A stretch of DNA of 31,555 bases from a virus. Taxonomy: Duplodnaviria; Caudoviricetes. The translations under genes and the position numbers were made by a program. A model generated the notes under the pieces. The model worked only from the letters and a program-made list of their open reading frames with translations, searched no databases and was not told the origin of the DNA. Positions 10,036 to 20,568 of the stretch are shown here, one piece after another. The stretch lies in the IMG/VR virus record IMGVR_UViG_3300028925_012220, positions 1-31,555 of that record; one strand, written 5' to 3'. Within the stretch, counting starts at the first letter, position 1, and every line of letters starts with the position of its first letter.

Positions 10036-11786
10036 TATGTATCAAATTGAACGTTAAAAACTATGTCTAGGTCTGTGGGACTCTTTACAGGGTTAGCTAA
10101 CTTACTAACTGCTAATAGCTCATTTGAATCATTGTATAGTCCAATAGCTGCGATGTATGGTGCAAACGTAGAAGCGGTAGCGAAGCCTTTTAATTTAGGA
10201 TTGTTCTTATCTTCATTGGTACGGGCAGAAGGGTTGAGTGTTACGTTGTATTCCTCGTCTTCAACAACACACTGATAATTATGTATTGTAAGCTCTTTTG
10301 TACCTTTAAACTGCAATGTGTAATCATCTATAAGTGAATCATAAGATCCAGATGAATCAGTTATAACTGCTATACCGTGATTATAAAACACATTACCAAC
10401 AATATCAGAATCACGATGGTATGTCTTAAGGGATAATATCTCATCTGTTGTAAGAGCTTTGTTAAATAATCTATATTGATTGATATCACCTTTGAATGGG
10501 TATACAAAATTTTCGACATGTTTTATAAATCCAGGACTATCTTTCACCTGCGTTTTGGATGTCATCCCGTAACGTCTTCTTGCGCCTATATATATGTCTG
10601 ATATGTCGTCATATATAGCTTCGTTCGCGGAAGGATCAGCCTTTGCAGATTCCTGTAATGTGCCATCCATCCATAGTTGAAGTGACCCGGTCGCGACTTG
10701 CAGGACAACATGGTGCCACTGTGTATCGTTAATAGCAGATGATGTCACTGTTGTAATTGATCCTCCCTTCCCGCGTAAAAATCTTAATTTACCTTTATTA
10801 CTTGCATCTGAACTGTTGTATATTTGCAGTTCCCATGGCACAGTGTATTGCTTTTCCCTAGATGTTGTTATTACGTTATACGCGTGGTCTTGTAACACTC
10901 GGTTCATTGTTCCACCGAACCTGGGGTTGTTTGGACTCCACCCTCCAATAAAGCTAGAGGTAACAGATTGTGATAGTGGTGCCTTTACCCAAAGCGATAA
11001 AGCAAAGTCAGAATCCCATCTACGCTCATTAGCACCTAAGATTAAAGAATTCTCTATACGGACTACACTATTAGATTCAGATTCAATACTTTGTGAGCCA
11101 TGTAATGTTAAGTACGTTTGATTATTTGTTCCCCACTCACCACTAGTAAACCTATTAAATGTTATATTTGTGCCGATAGGTTCAAGTGGTCCATCAGAGA
11201 TGTCAATTAATCTGCTATCACGCGTGCTATAAGTATACCCTACGCTAGGGTTGGTTGTTTGAAACTTCCACCCGTCGTTAAAATCACATTTAAGTATATA
11301 GTCACTCTTTGTAAAATTTTTAAACGAAGGTCCTGTCATTGCTGTGATTTTGCTATCTCGTAAGTTACCAACACCATCATCATACAATGTAGCTTTTGCA
11401 CTACTCATAGTAAACGAATGTTCTTTTAATCGCTTACCGAAAATGTTTGACGGAATACTTATTACGTGGATGCGGCTATTCAAATCCCTAGTCTGGTGTA
11501 TTAAGTATTCTGGGTCTCCTGACTTTGTAGTATTCTCTACATCTGTATAGTATAGATGGTGTATTGAATCAAAAATCTCTCGCTTGTAATATCCTTTTGT
11601 GGTTAAAGCTTCTAGAGCTATATTAGCACATGCGGTATCACTAATATCCCAATCACCGCGGGAATAGTGACCACTGTAACTTACAACACCATATGTGCCA
11701 GCTGTCTCGTCTGTTATAGTCCAAGACTTGTGAGCAACATGCTTCTTGGTTAGTGCAGTTGTTTTAACCGTTTTATATACAAACAT
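10035..11786 (-). CDS. Structural protein with LamG/concanavalin-A-like domain and fibre-attachment-like C-terminus
   Basis: FALSLWVK, INDTQWHHVVL, LWMDG, IYIGAR, FKGDINQYRLFNKALT are LamG motifs; C-terminal IGLYNDSNELLAVSKL is shared with the 354-aa neighbour. Confidence 0.8.
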   Translation of the reverse strand: MFVYKTVKTTALTKKHVAHKSWTITDETAGTYGVVSYSGHYSRGDWDISDTACANIALEALTTKGYYKREIFDSIHHLYYTDVENTTKSGDPEYLIHQTRDLNSRIHVISIPSNIFGKRLKEHSFTMSSAKATLYDDGVGNLRDSKITAMTGPSFKNFTKSDYILKCDFNDGWKFQTTNPSVGYTYSTRDSRLIDISDGPLEPIGTNITFNRFTSGEWGTNNQTYLTLHGSQSIESESNSVVRIENSLILGANERRWDSDFALSLWVKAPLSQSVTSSFIGGWSPNNPRFGGTMNRVLQDHAYNVITTSREKQYTVPWELQIYNSSDASNKGKLRFLRGKGGSITTVTSSAINDTQWHHVVLQVATGSLQLWMDGTLQESAKADPSANEAIYDDISDIYIGARRRYGMTSKTQVKDSPGFIKHVENFVYPFKGDINQYRLFNKALTTDEILSLKTYHRDSDIVGNVFYNHGIAVITDSSGSYDSLIDDYTLQFKGTKELTIHNYQCVVEDEEYNVTLNPSARTNEDKNNPKLKGFATASTFAPYIAAIGLYNDSNELLAVSKLANPVKSPTDLDIVFNVQFDT

Positions 11787-11797
11787 TTACACACCCC

Positions 11798-12862
11798 TTA
11801 ATGGTCAAGTTTTACACGTAATGTTGTTTCCCTCTCGAAATTTTTGAGTAATGGCTTACTTAACTTTGCGATAGCAAGGAGCTCATTAGTCTCGTTGTAT
11901 AATCCAACTGTTGTTATATATGTTTGTGGATTCTGTATAAATGAATTATGTAATAGCTGTCCGTTCAATTGACCATTAGAGCCTGTTCGTTGATAAGTGT
12001 GATTTGTAGAATAATTATATTTTAGATTTTTTGCTCTAACAAAATAGTGTGTTGATGTTACATCTTCCTCAGCTCTGACAGCGAAATACTTACCTCTGTT
12101 AATAGCATTGTAAAGCTTTCCGTTCATTTGATCGTATGTATTTACTCCATCGGCCACTCCGTTTAAAAGCTTCAACCCTTTTGTAGAGTGCGGTCCTGAA
12201 TCTGTTACCATCTTGTTGCCTGAATAAGCCATAATGCCTAGTTCAGGGTAAAATAATCCCCACTTGTGTGTGTTGGCTGAGGCATCTGTATATACTCCAG
12301 CCGCTTCTGATCCACTTACTATATTATATACTAAATGTCCATTTACAACATTACCGTTTGATACGGAGCTGTCATCCATTACCTCTAATATACTTGTTGT
12401 ATAGTGTCCTGCAGAAGCTGAAAGGTGCATAAACCAATTCCCAGCATTTAATCCTTGCTTATACCTCGCTCTATTCATAGTCACAAAATACATTCTACCT
12501 TGACTGGTGCTTTCACCGTCTATAAATAAAGTTGTGTTTGTTGGGTTGTCTAATAATATATTTCTGAATTGTGAATACACTGCTTTGGTTGGTGTAAATG
12601 TCGATGTTGCACCGGTTTGCTTTACTGAACCTGAACCTTGAAATTGTCCGTATGCAATACTGAATTGTACTTCAGAAGTTGCTAATGCTGGATTTGCATT
12701 ATACAGCTCCCATTGGTACACCCCAGCTGCGGATGCGGTTTGGGCAGAAGAAGTGTGAACAGCTGTTAAGCTTCCTACATTACCTGTAAATGCAGTTGAT
12801 GTAACACCTTGTACTACATTACCTATAATTATATCGTCACTATTAAATTGTGTATATGCCAT
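11798..12862 (-). CDS. Baseplate/tail structural protein, paralog of the 583-aa ORF
   Basis: C-terminal YITTVGLYNETNELLAIAKLSKP nearly collinear with the neighbour; AGGA SD. Confidence 0.65.
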   Translation of the reverse strand: MAYTQFNSDDIIIGNVVQGVTSTAFTGNVGSLTAVHTSSAQTASAAGVYQWELYNANPALATSEVQFSIAYGQFQGSGSVKQTGATSTFTPTKAVYSQFRNILLDNPTNTTLFIDGESTSQGRMYFVTMNRARYKQGLNAGNWFMHLSASAGHYTTSILEVMDDSSVSNGNVVNGHLVYNIVSGSEAAGVYTDASANTHKWGLFYPELGIMAYSGNKMVTDSGPHSTKGLKLLNGVADGVNTYDQMNGKLYNAINRGKYFAVRAEEDVTSTHYFVRAKNLKYNYSTNHTYQRTGSNGQLNGQLLHNSFIQNPQTYITTVGLYNETNELLAIAKLSKPLLKNFERETTLRVKLDH

Positions 12863-12872
12863 TTTGTATTTC

Positions 12873-13580
12873 CTAGTCTAGGGTTGGATCTTTAGAGATT
12901 GTTACCGGTATTGTTACTGTACCACCTGTACTGACGCCGGTTATTGTCAATGTTGTCGATTGTGTTTGTGTTATTGAATAAGCAGTTAACAAAACAGTTG
13001 TACCTGTTATAGTTGCTGTTAGCATATTTCCAGTTGCAGCAGATGATGCAAGTGCTGTTGTAGGATTATTTGTAGCATAATTTCCACCGGTAGGAGCTGC
13101 TCCTCCACCTGCAGCTTCAAACGCGGAAGCTGGTCCTGTTGGTGCCGTCGCAGCTGCTTCTAGTGATATTTTAACAATATCTGAATTACCAATTGTGAAC
13201 GTATACCCAGCTGTGTTAGCTCCATTGATGTTTAATGTTTGAGGAGAGATTACTATTGTTTGCCCTGGAGCTGTTAGAGCCACAGCAGACTGTGCTACTG
13301 TAACAACAGGAAGGACTTGCGTGTTCTTTGGGAGTGTGACAAGCTTGTTTGTAAGAGCTTGAGTGTCGCTAGTGAATGCTTCTAGTAATGGCATTCGCTC
13401 TATTGCTTCTCCATAATACGCTGTTCCTAGATTGTGCCCTGTATCGTACAGTGCATAGTTAATTTCATCATCACCTAGCGCGAATTTTGTAATGTTTAAT
13501 CGGCCTTCTGCTAGACGCTGTCTTCCAAGTTTTGTTAAAACGGCGTCGACTGTGACTGATGTATTGTCTAAATATCCCAT
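12873..13580 (-). CDS. Baseplate/tail-collar-fibre-like structural protein
   Basis: N-terminal VLTKLGRQRLA...ITKFALGD resembles the P2 gpH/DUF3751 N-terminus; Ig-like T/A-rich C-terminus; AGGAG SD. Confidence 0.6.
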   Translation of the reverse strand: MGYLDNTSVTVDAVLTKLGRQRLAEGRLNITKFALGDDEINYALYDTGHNLGTAYYGEAIERMPLLEAFTSDTQALTNKLVTLPKNTQVLPVVTVAQSAVALTAPGQTIVISPQTLNINGANTAGYTFTIGNSDIVKISLEAAATAPTGPASAFEAAGGGAAPTGGNYATNNPTTALASSAATGNMLTATITGTTVLLTAYSITQTQSTTLTITGVSTGGTVTIPVTISKDPTLD

Positions 13581-13604
13581 GTTTACTCTCCTATTGTTAT
13601 ATAT

Positions 13605-13614
13605 TATAAATATA
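13605..13614 (-). promoter_or_regulatory. Putative late promoter (TATATTTATA)
   Basis: Recurrent intergenic motif upstream of the 235-aa ORF. Confidence 0.6.
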
Positions 13615-13633
13615 TAGTTTTTTTATTTTTACC

Positions 13634-16600
13634 CTATCTTACGTTAATGTTTGCGTTTTGTACCTGCTGTGGGTTGTTAGGTCCGCTTCCTACTGGACTA
13701 GTTGTTGATCTACCTTGGTTTGTAGGATTAAAAGGTGTAGGTGCTACCTGTATTATGTTTGGATTAACCAACTGATACTCTGCAACCGGTCCGCCATCTA
13801 TGGTTTGTGTGCTACCTACGTTCCAGTCCGGTGATGTTATTTTGGTGCCATCTATTAATAATCTTCGCTGTGCGGGACTAGAAATATAGTTAGGTAGTAT
13901 GTCAATAGACTTTGGATACAACGATGATCCATTTATTCTTCCTGCAGATCCTGTTACACCAGTTATACTTGTTGGTACTTCATGTACACGGGGTCTATGA
14001 TATATATTATATGTTGGTACAAATTTGAAATCTTCACCTCGTGACCATATAGCTGAGCTTGATACATATGTCTGCAATCCAGATTCGGTTGCTTCACCAA
14101 ATACATCGCGTAAGTATGTACTACCTTCATATAAATTGTAGTGGTCGTTTGAACCACTTCGTTGACGTGAAGGTGCAGCTCCTATACCCATTGTTGTTGT
14201 AAGCGTGCCGTAATTAGAACTATTAAACTCCTGTGTACTTGGAATATCACTTCCAGTACAGATAAAGCTGGTGCGTATGGATATGCTGGATGTATAAAAG
14301 GTTGTCTCTTGTGAAGCTGACAGCGGTTGATTTAGTTTATGTCGTTCAAGTAAGTTTGGTCGAATTTCTATACCAACAATAGCGTCAGCCCTTGCAGGAA
14401 TCATATCTTCGATCTGCTTAAACAATCCTTTGTTAAACGACCGTAGGTAAGATATGAAAGCCATTACACTGTTACCTTCACTGTACTTTTTGAAGTAAAG
14501 ATTTTTTGTATTACGTAATGATGTATATTCTTGCTTATAAGCGTCACGGGGATCGCCTATATAATCATCTAAATCAAATCCTCCAAACTGCATTGCTATA
14601 TCTGTATCAATTTGATCAGCTGGTGATAGTACAACAGATACATCTTCTGAGTCTATTGGATTAGAATCAAAGGATGATACTTCGAATGAAACATCTCTTG
14701 CAAGTTGATTATTACGTAAAGTGTTGTCTTCTATTCTAACCTTGTTTGAATGTTTAGATGGACCTGCTGTGTGCGGTACCTTTACATAATAGGTTTCTGA
14801 TTTAGGTGAGTAGGGTACATTATCAGAGAAGCCGGAGAAGGATATATCTTTACCAATTCCTCCATGGGTCCACGTTAAGTTATGTGTGTTGGGTATTGAG
14901 CTTGTCACAGCTGTTGTTGTGACATGGTTATATGTTTTACCGTCTGTGCCGAGTGGGTGTCTAAGGAGTAGATCGTTATAAGCCATTTCAACAGTGTTAC
15001 CAACCACAGATGTTGGTGCAAGTGTGTGTTGATGGAATGCATTGTCACTTAGGTACTCTGCCCAACCTCGTATTTCTTGCATAGATCCAGAATAGGATAA
15101 GAAACCAGGTGTACCATCTGCCGCCAAGTGAGTGCCCCATAGTGCAAAGTCATCCGCACTCCAAACAAGGGAATAGGATTCGCTATTACCCATAACTGTG
15201 CCCGATGATTGATGTGTTATTTTACCACCACCATGTTCCGATGCCTTTGCACATCTAATTACAAAACTCTGTGATTTGGGTGCAGTTGTTACACCTGTGT
15301 ACGGGTGCTCTGTAACGCCGAATGATACATTCCACCAATCATTGTCATAAATAGGTAGGTATGCGGTTGATGATGATATTGCAGGCTGTCCATCAGAGGC
15401 TGATATTTCAAATACAAATCTCCCGTACTGTGCATAAGCGGATGCTGATCCAGCTGTAATTGCTGCAGCTGTGTCCCATCCTATAGCTGAAGAGGAGTGC
15501 TCCATCCTGACTTCCCACTTTGGACCTAGCCCGGGATGGTTTAAAGAGCGTGCGATATACTGGTTCCGTTGCTCACCTGTGTCAACACGTACCTCATACA
15601 TTGATAGTGCTCTATTAGATGTACCCGGTGTTGTAAGTGAGTTTACAGTCGAGCTATTAGCTCCCTGCTTGAAGTAGTGGTGGTGAGTGGCTGCATAATC
15701 ATTTGCACCATCCATGTCTAGAGCGTAAGAAAACTTTTCTATCGCTCGCTTGTCATCTGCTCGACTAGCTGGTGCACCTCCGTACTCATCGATATTTAAT
15801 ATTGTTAGAGGAATTCCATATGCAGATAGCAACGCGCGAATACCTCTAGCTGTACCTTTGGTTTTTAGTAGGAGTGGTAAATTATTTAATAAACGTTTCC
15901 ATGTTTGCTTTTCTATATCTTCAGATGAATGTGACTCTTTAACCACATGTGTTAATGTTTCACCAGAACTGGATGCTTGATATGTTCCTGTGCTGTCTGT
16001 TCCTAGTGCATACTCCCACAGGTCCGCTGTACTGTGTCCTGGGTACAAGTCCCATCCAAATGATTTTGCAACATCGAATAATAAATCTTTTGAGAGGCCT
16101 ACATTAATTGATTCATCACGATTGTATGATTCCTCTAGCCCTTTAATATGTAAATACACTTCATCGAAGTGCTCTCCCACCATATCGAAAAATAGTTGGT
16201 AGCTTGATTGCTCAGGGTCGACTCTTATAAATGTTGGTATTACATTACGGAGTGCAGATTGATTTTGTTGGTCCCAAAGTGATGCAGAAATTATCTGATT
16301 ATTATACCATGCTTCTCCTTGTGATGAAGTTACAGAGTATAAATTATAACCAATTCCAGTCTTTGTGCTTGTGGATTTCGGCCAAGTTGCTGGTGGTAAT
16401 GTTTCTACACCATCTGAGCTATAAATAGTTTCTGTGGAGTGTGATGTATAATATAAATACTGCTCATATGGATTAAAGCTATTTATTATTCCGTTGTGTA
16501 GTTTATCATACTGAACCTTGTTTGCAAGTAGTGTTGCAGAACCAGTGACTGATGAGTCAGTTCCAGCAAATCCAGTTGCAACAGCAGATGATTTTGAACT

Positions 16601-17983
16601 GTAGTGCTCTATACGTGACAGCTTATAATTAAAATTTCGTACCCTCTCTTCTGCGGAGCTGAAGTGTACAAAGTTCTTAAACTGTCTATAATCAATGTTT
16701 GTTCGGATTAATCCATCGTCTGTTAGTATTTGCTTTTCTAACCTAGTTTTTATTCCATCGACAGTGCCAATTAGATCTGTCTCATTCTTAATGGTGGTAC
16801 CCTTGCTGGCATTTTTAGTAACGTCAAGCCTTAGGTTAGGACCTCGTAATTTTGTAATTACTTGATTAAGTATAATTGGTATATCTATCTCTAGAGGTAT
16901 AGTGTAAGGTACAAATAGTGGGCGCTGGACCTGAAGTATCGATCTTGCGCGCAAGGTCTTTGGTGCAGGTGAGGCTAGCTTAAATATGATTGTATCAAAT
17001 GAATCGACGACTGCTTCACCTTCAACCTGTCGTGGAGTGTATTCATGATGCATCCAGTTTATTGATATTAAATCTATAGGCTGTCCGTCTGACTTAAGTG
17101 CTCTTAGTTGAACAGGCCAAATGTCTTTTGTCGATTCGAGACGTCCACCTGTTGATGTGTTGTTACGCCAACCGATTTGGGTGTAGTTTGTTGGATCTAC
17201 CATTCTAACACCATCAAACCGTTGTTCACTATCATTACCAAACGGAAGATCTAGACTCGATCTGTGCGCGTCGTAATCTTCCATCGTAGTAAACTGTATA
17301 CTAGCTATAACACTATATACACCTGATGGTGAAAAATATATCGTAGGGCTGTTGGGATATTTCCAGTACCTCCCTCTAACTGGGATTGTTTTTGGTGACT
17401 GGGATTCGTAAAAATCACTGAAAGAGTTATATGATGAGTTTGCGGATTTAACTCTAACCTCTGTACGAGATCGTGAAAACTCAACAACTTCCAGTCCTGC
17501 AAATGTGATAGCTCCTGGACCAACATCTTCAGGGGTCAGTTCAATAGTTGAATTTACCTCGTTGTCGAGGTCGTTATAAATATAATTCCTGTACCCACGT
17601 ATTCTGATAGAGTATTTCCCAGATGTCTTACTAAACATCTGTGTTAATATAGAGAACGTATCAACCTGTAATCTTCCACCTATGTATGCAATGCCAGGTA
17701 TATTAGATATATGCTCTACAATAGAGGTGGTAGACTTTCCATATTGATCAAGTAGTTCAATTTGAAGCACATCTAAAGTAGATGGTGCGTCGAGATAGTT
17801 GTAACCTTTGGATACTTCTATTTGTGTTAACAGGTTAGGATCAAAGGCTGGGGATGCATACGAATCTAACTGTAGCGATGTATCTTCCACAGGTGTTAAT
17901 ATAGGTGCTACAGGAGCTCCTGCCTTGGAGGTATTTACAGCTGTCTGTGTGTACGGAGGATCGTTAGTTATGTTACTGGCCAT
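13634..17983 (-). CDS. Large baseplate wedge protein (T4 gp7 / P2 gpI-like core), 1449 aa
   Basis: LLNNLPLLLKTKGTARGIRALLSAYG matches the KGT motif of the gpI/gp7 family; lies downstream of gp25/gp6; central beta-rich lectin-like segment. Confidence 0.65.
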   Translation of the reverse strand: MASNITNDPPYTQTAVNTSKAGAPVAPILTPVEDTSLQLDSYASPAFDPNLLTQIEVSKGYNYLDAPSTLDVLQIELLDQYGKSTTSIVEHISNIPGIAYIGGRLQVDTFSILTQMFSKTSGKYSIRIRGYRNYIYNDLDNEVNSTIELTPEDVGPGAITFAGLEVVEFSRSRTEVRVKSANSSYNSFSDFYESQSPKTIPVRGRYWKYPNSPTIYFSPSGVYSVIASIQFTTMEDYDAHRSSLDLPFGNDSEQRFDGVRMVDPTNYTQIGWRNNTSTGGRLESTKDIWPVQLRALKSDGQPIDLISINWMHHEYTPRQVEGEAVVDSFDTIIFKLASPAPKTLRARSILQVQRPLFVPYTIPLEIDIPIILNQVITKLRGPNLRLDVTKNASKGTTIKNETDLIGTVDGIKTRLEKQILTDDGLIRTNIDYRQFKNFVHFSSAEERVRNFNYKLSRIEHYSSKSSAVATGFAGTDSSVTGSATLLANKVQYDKLHNGIINSFNPYEQYLYYTSHSTETIYSSDGVETLPPATWPKSTSTKTGIGYNLYSVTSSQGEAWYNNQIISASLWDQQNQSALRNVIPTFIRVDPEQSSYQLFFDMVGEHFDEVYLHIKGLEESYNRDESINVGLSKDLLFDVAKSFGWDLYPGHSTADLWEYALGTDSTGTYQASSSGETLTHVVKESHSSEDIEKQTWKRLLNNLPLLLKTKGTARGIRALLSAYGIPLTILNIDEYGGAPASRADDKRAIEKFSYALDMDGANDYAATHHHYFKQGANSSTVNSLTTPGTSNRALSMYEVRVDTGEQRNQYIARSLNHPGLGPKWEVRMEHSSSAIGWDTAAAITAGSASAYAQYGRFVFEISASDGQPAISSSTAYLPIYDNDWWNVSFGVTEHPYTGVTTAPKSQSFVIRCAKASEHGGGKITHQSSGTVMGNSESYSLVWSADDFALWGTHLAADGTPGFLSYSGSMQEIRGWAEYLSDNAFHQHTLAPTSVVGNTVEMAYNDLLLRHPLGTDGKTYNHVTTTAVTSSIPNTHNLTWTHGGIGKDISFSGFSDNVPYSPKSETYYVKVPHTAGPSKHSNKVRIEDNTLRNNQLARDVSFEVSSFDSNPIDSEDVSVVLSPADQIDTDIAMQFGGFDLDDYIGDPRDAYKQEYTSLRNTKNLYFKKYSEGNSVMAFISYLRSFNKGLFKQIEDMIPARADAIVGIEIRPNLLERHKLNQPLSASQETTFYTSSISIRTSFICTGSDIPSTQEFNSSNYGTLTTTMGIGAAPSRQRSGSNDHYNLYEGSTYLRDVFGEATESGLQTYVSSSAIWSRGEDFKFVPTYNIYHRPRVHEVPTSITGVTGSAGRINGSSLYPKSIDILPNYISSPAQRRLLIDGTKITSPDWNVGSTQTIDGGPVAEYQLVNPNIIQVAPTPFNPTNQGRSTTSPVGSGPNNPQQVQNANINVR

Positions 17984-17985
17984 GG

Positions 17986-19467
17986 TTATGTTCCCAAATC
18001 TTTGTGATCATACGAAATTACTACTACGCCCAAGTCAATTGGCTGTAATGGTGTGTCTAAGTTTAGCTGCTGCTCTGTGTAATCAAGTGTACTTTGCCAG
18101 AAGCGCGATTTCTTTCCCTGCCCTTTCAATCTAACTTTAAAATCAATATACATCTCTAATGTGAACGGGCCGGGCTTCTTTTGGAATTTATACAATTTAG
18201 AAGAGCCGAAATCCTCTTCGTCACAGAATAGTGCAGAAGCTCTCCCTTCTGTCCAATCTGTTACACCGAAGCTCGAGAGATCACCACCACCTTGATTACG
18301 CAGAGCTTGCTTTATTCTACCGTTCTCGTTAAACATTTCAGGAAAGGAAGGCATCGCGTCTTGGTGATTTTTATCTCCAAAGTTCCCTATTCTGAATTTC
18401 CACCGGTCGTATATTTCTGTACCTGATATGTAGTCTACCCGTTGATTGTCGATCTTGAATGTAGCTTTTGCCTTTCGGAATTTTCTTCTTTTTGATTTAC
18501 CATCACCAAACCCGCCAAACTTAAATCTAACATATATATCTCTTGGACCATATCTAGGATCTGGCCAGAATACTGCAGAGCGATGGTTTTCGTTAGATGC
18601 ATCTTCAACGGCTACAAACTGTCCCTGAAACGTTGATGTGAAGTTATCTATTTCACTGTCACCACCAATTAGTGCTCCGTCGTCTGAGTCGATTGCTGCA
18701 AACTTGATCTGTTTACTTTTAATCCCTGCAGTATTTTTCGCTTCAATTGTTAACAGCTTCGGTACAATTACAGCTTGGTCACTGTGTACTTCTACCGTAC
18801 GTGACAGTGCAGATAGATCCATATACCATCCGCGATGTACTTCTTTACCATTTAGCTTCCATATGATGTTATCATCTGATACCATCACTGGTTTCATCTT
18901 TCCGTCGTCATCTGGCTCATAGTGACTTATTGTTCGCTGTGTGTAGAACAGTGCAGGGTCGTCAGTAAAGAACACATAGGTTGGGTCTAGGGTAGCTACC
19001 TCAGGCCATTTGTGGACTTTCGCCCAATTTTCTATTGTCCATTGATTTAATGACGTTATTGTAGGATCTTTAGTCTTGTCTGTTATACCTCCGTAATTAT
19101 GTATACGTGACCAATTTGCAACATAGACCTCGAGATTGATTGGAGGTGCAGAAGGGTACACAATTGGTTTAGGTAATAGTTCATAAATTATATCACTGCC
19201 CATATCCAACACATCGCTCTGATCAAATATTGGATTTGGTACATTCCTAATAATAATGTTTTCAGTAGGTGCTATGTGATTAACGAGATATCCGTTCTGC
19301 GGAATAATCATATTACTAAGCAAATTTTCAGGTAGCTCAGATGGTTCTGTTGTCTCTGGTATCCATCCATTATTCACTCCCGTGCTAGAGTTTTCGCTCT
19401 CAGCAATCATCTCATCAGATTGCTTGTTGGTGCTAGTAGGGTCAATATTGTTTATATATACAGCCAT
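17986..19467 (-). CDS. Hypothetical structural protein (possible Ig-like domain)
   Basis: ORF in the baseplate operon; IIWKLNGKEV...LTIEAKNTAG is an Ig-like pattern. Confidence 0.5.
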   Translation of the reverse strand: MAVYINNIDPTSTNKQSDEMIAESENSSTGVNNGWIPETTEPSELPENLLSNMIIPQNGYLVNHIAPTENIIIRNVPNPIFDQSDVLDMGSDIIYELLPKPIVYPSAPPINLEVYVANWSRIHNYGGITDKTKDPTITSLNQWTIENWAKVHKWPEVATLDPTYVFFTDDPALFYTQRTISHYEPDDDGKMKPVMVSDDNIIWKLNGKEVHRGWYMDLSALSRTVEVHSDQAVIVPKLLTIEAKNTAGIKSKQIKFAAIDSDDGALIGGDSEIDNFTSTFQGQFVAVEDASNENHRSAVFWPDPRYGPRDIYVRFKFGGFGDGKSKRRKFRKAKATFKIDNQRVDYISGTEIYDRWKFRIGNFGDKNHQDAMPSFPEMFNENGRIKQALRNQGGGDLSSFGVTDWTEGRASALFCDEEDFGSSKLYKFQKKPGPFTLEMYIDFKVRLKGQGKKSRFWQSTLDYTEQQLNLDTPLQPIDLGVVVISYDHKDLGT

Positions 19468-19468
19468 A

Positions 19469-20560
19469 CTACTTCACCACTTTAAATAATGTAGTTGATT
19501 TATAATACCTTGATGCTATTTCATTTACACCGCTGTAGAGATTTACTTTAAACTCTAAAGCATAATACCTCTCTGGAAATAATCCGCTCATATCTATATC
19601 AATACAGTTTCTTGTAGAGCCTGTTCTACCAACATACGTAGCATCTTTGTTATGCTTGTATACATACTCACCTGTTGCATTATCTATAATAGCGTATGAA
19701 GAAGATTGTGGTAAGTAATGTCTATTAGTAGACCCTACTGATCCAGCCTGGGATCTTGCTCCACCTTTAATTGTTGTATCAATAAAGATCCGTTCCTGTG
19801 AATTTTGCTTGTATTCTGATCTTAATCTCGGTTGGATATCTACCTCATCTTCAATACCGATCTCAGTACCTGTTGTTGTTGTAAATGCATGTGATGCGTT
19901 ATCATACCTCGCCTCTAGCCGTGGAGAGTATATTGTGTTAGTGTTTCTTCCATAATAGTAAAGGTTACCTTGAATAGAACTATCGTCTTCCTGTGAACCA
20001 CTTCTCTTTAACAGAATACCATAATTTGTATGAGTAGCAGTATGCCAGCTCTGAACAATATCTGTTATATCAATCTCGATGTCACCTTGTACATCTACAA
20101 ATGTTTGCACAGCAGATTCATTTGCATTTGATCCTGAATAAAAGTACCCTCCAGCATCGGACCATAATGTACCTGTAGTTTTACTATCTGAGTACTTCCA
20201 GCTTGCACCATCTGTTGTAAATGGGTTATGTGTAGATTTACCTGCACCATTTGACCAAGCGCTACGTAGTGGGTGAGTTACTAATGCATATTCTAATTGT
20301 ACATCCTGCTCTTCTATTATAAAGATTTTAAGAAAGTACTTCAAGCCTCCTGAAGCAGCATCTGTAGTAATACTTTGTGCAGCTAAAGAGGCTGATAAGG
20401 TGGCTGTGTTAAATTGTAGTATAGGCCTTGTTACTGCTAGCGGGCCAAAAGAGCTTGAGACATATTTTGTTACCTCAAGTATTGGATCCTTCCCAGTGTT
20501 AACACTTTCGGATGATTGATACAATGTTGCGTCTTTGAATGGAAATAATGTTTTTATCAT
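19469..20560 (-). CDS. DNRLRE/disaggregatase-related (CBM96-like) domain virion protein
   Basis: KDATLY..., RPILQFN, IDITDIVQSW...NYGILLK, YSPRLE pattern. Confidence 0.65.
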   Translation of the reverse strand: MIKTLFPFKDATLYQSSESVNTGKDPILEVTKYVSSSFGPLAVTRPILQFNTATLSASLAAQSITTDAASGGLKYFLKIFIIEEQDVQLEYALVTHPLRSAWSNGAGKSTHNPFTTDGASWKYSDSKTTGTLWSDAGGYFYSGSNANESAVQTFVDVQGDIEIDITDIVQSWHTATHTNYGILLKRSGSQEDDSSIQGNLYYYGRNTNTIYSPRLEARYDNASHAFTTTTGTEIGIEDEVDIQPRLRSEYKQNSQERIFIDTTIKGGARSQAGSVGSTNRHYLPQSSSYAIIDNATGEYVYKHNKDATYVGRTGSTRNCIDIDMSGLFPERYYALEFKVNLYSGVNEIASRYYKSTTLFKVVK

Positions 20561-20568
20561 ATCTGCCT

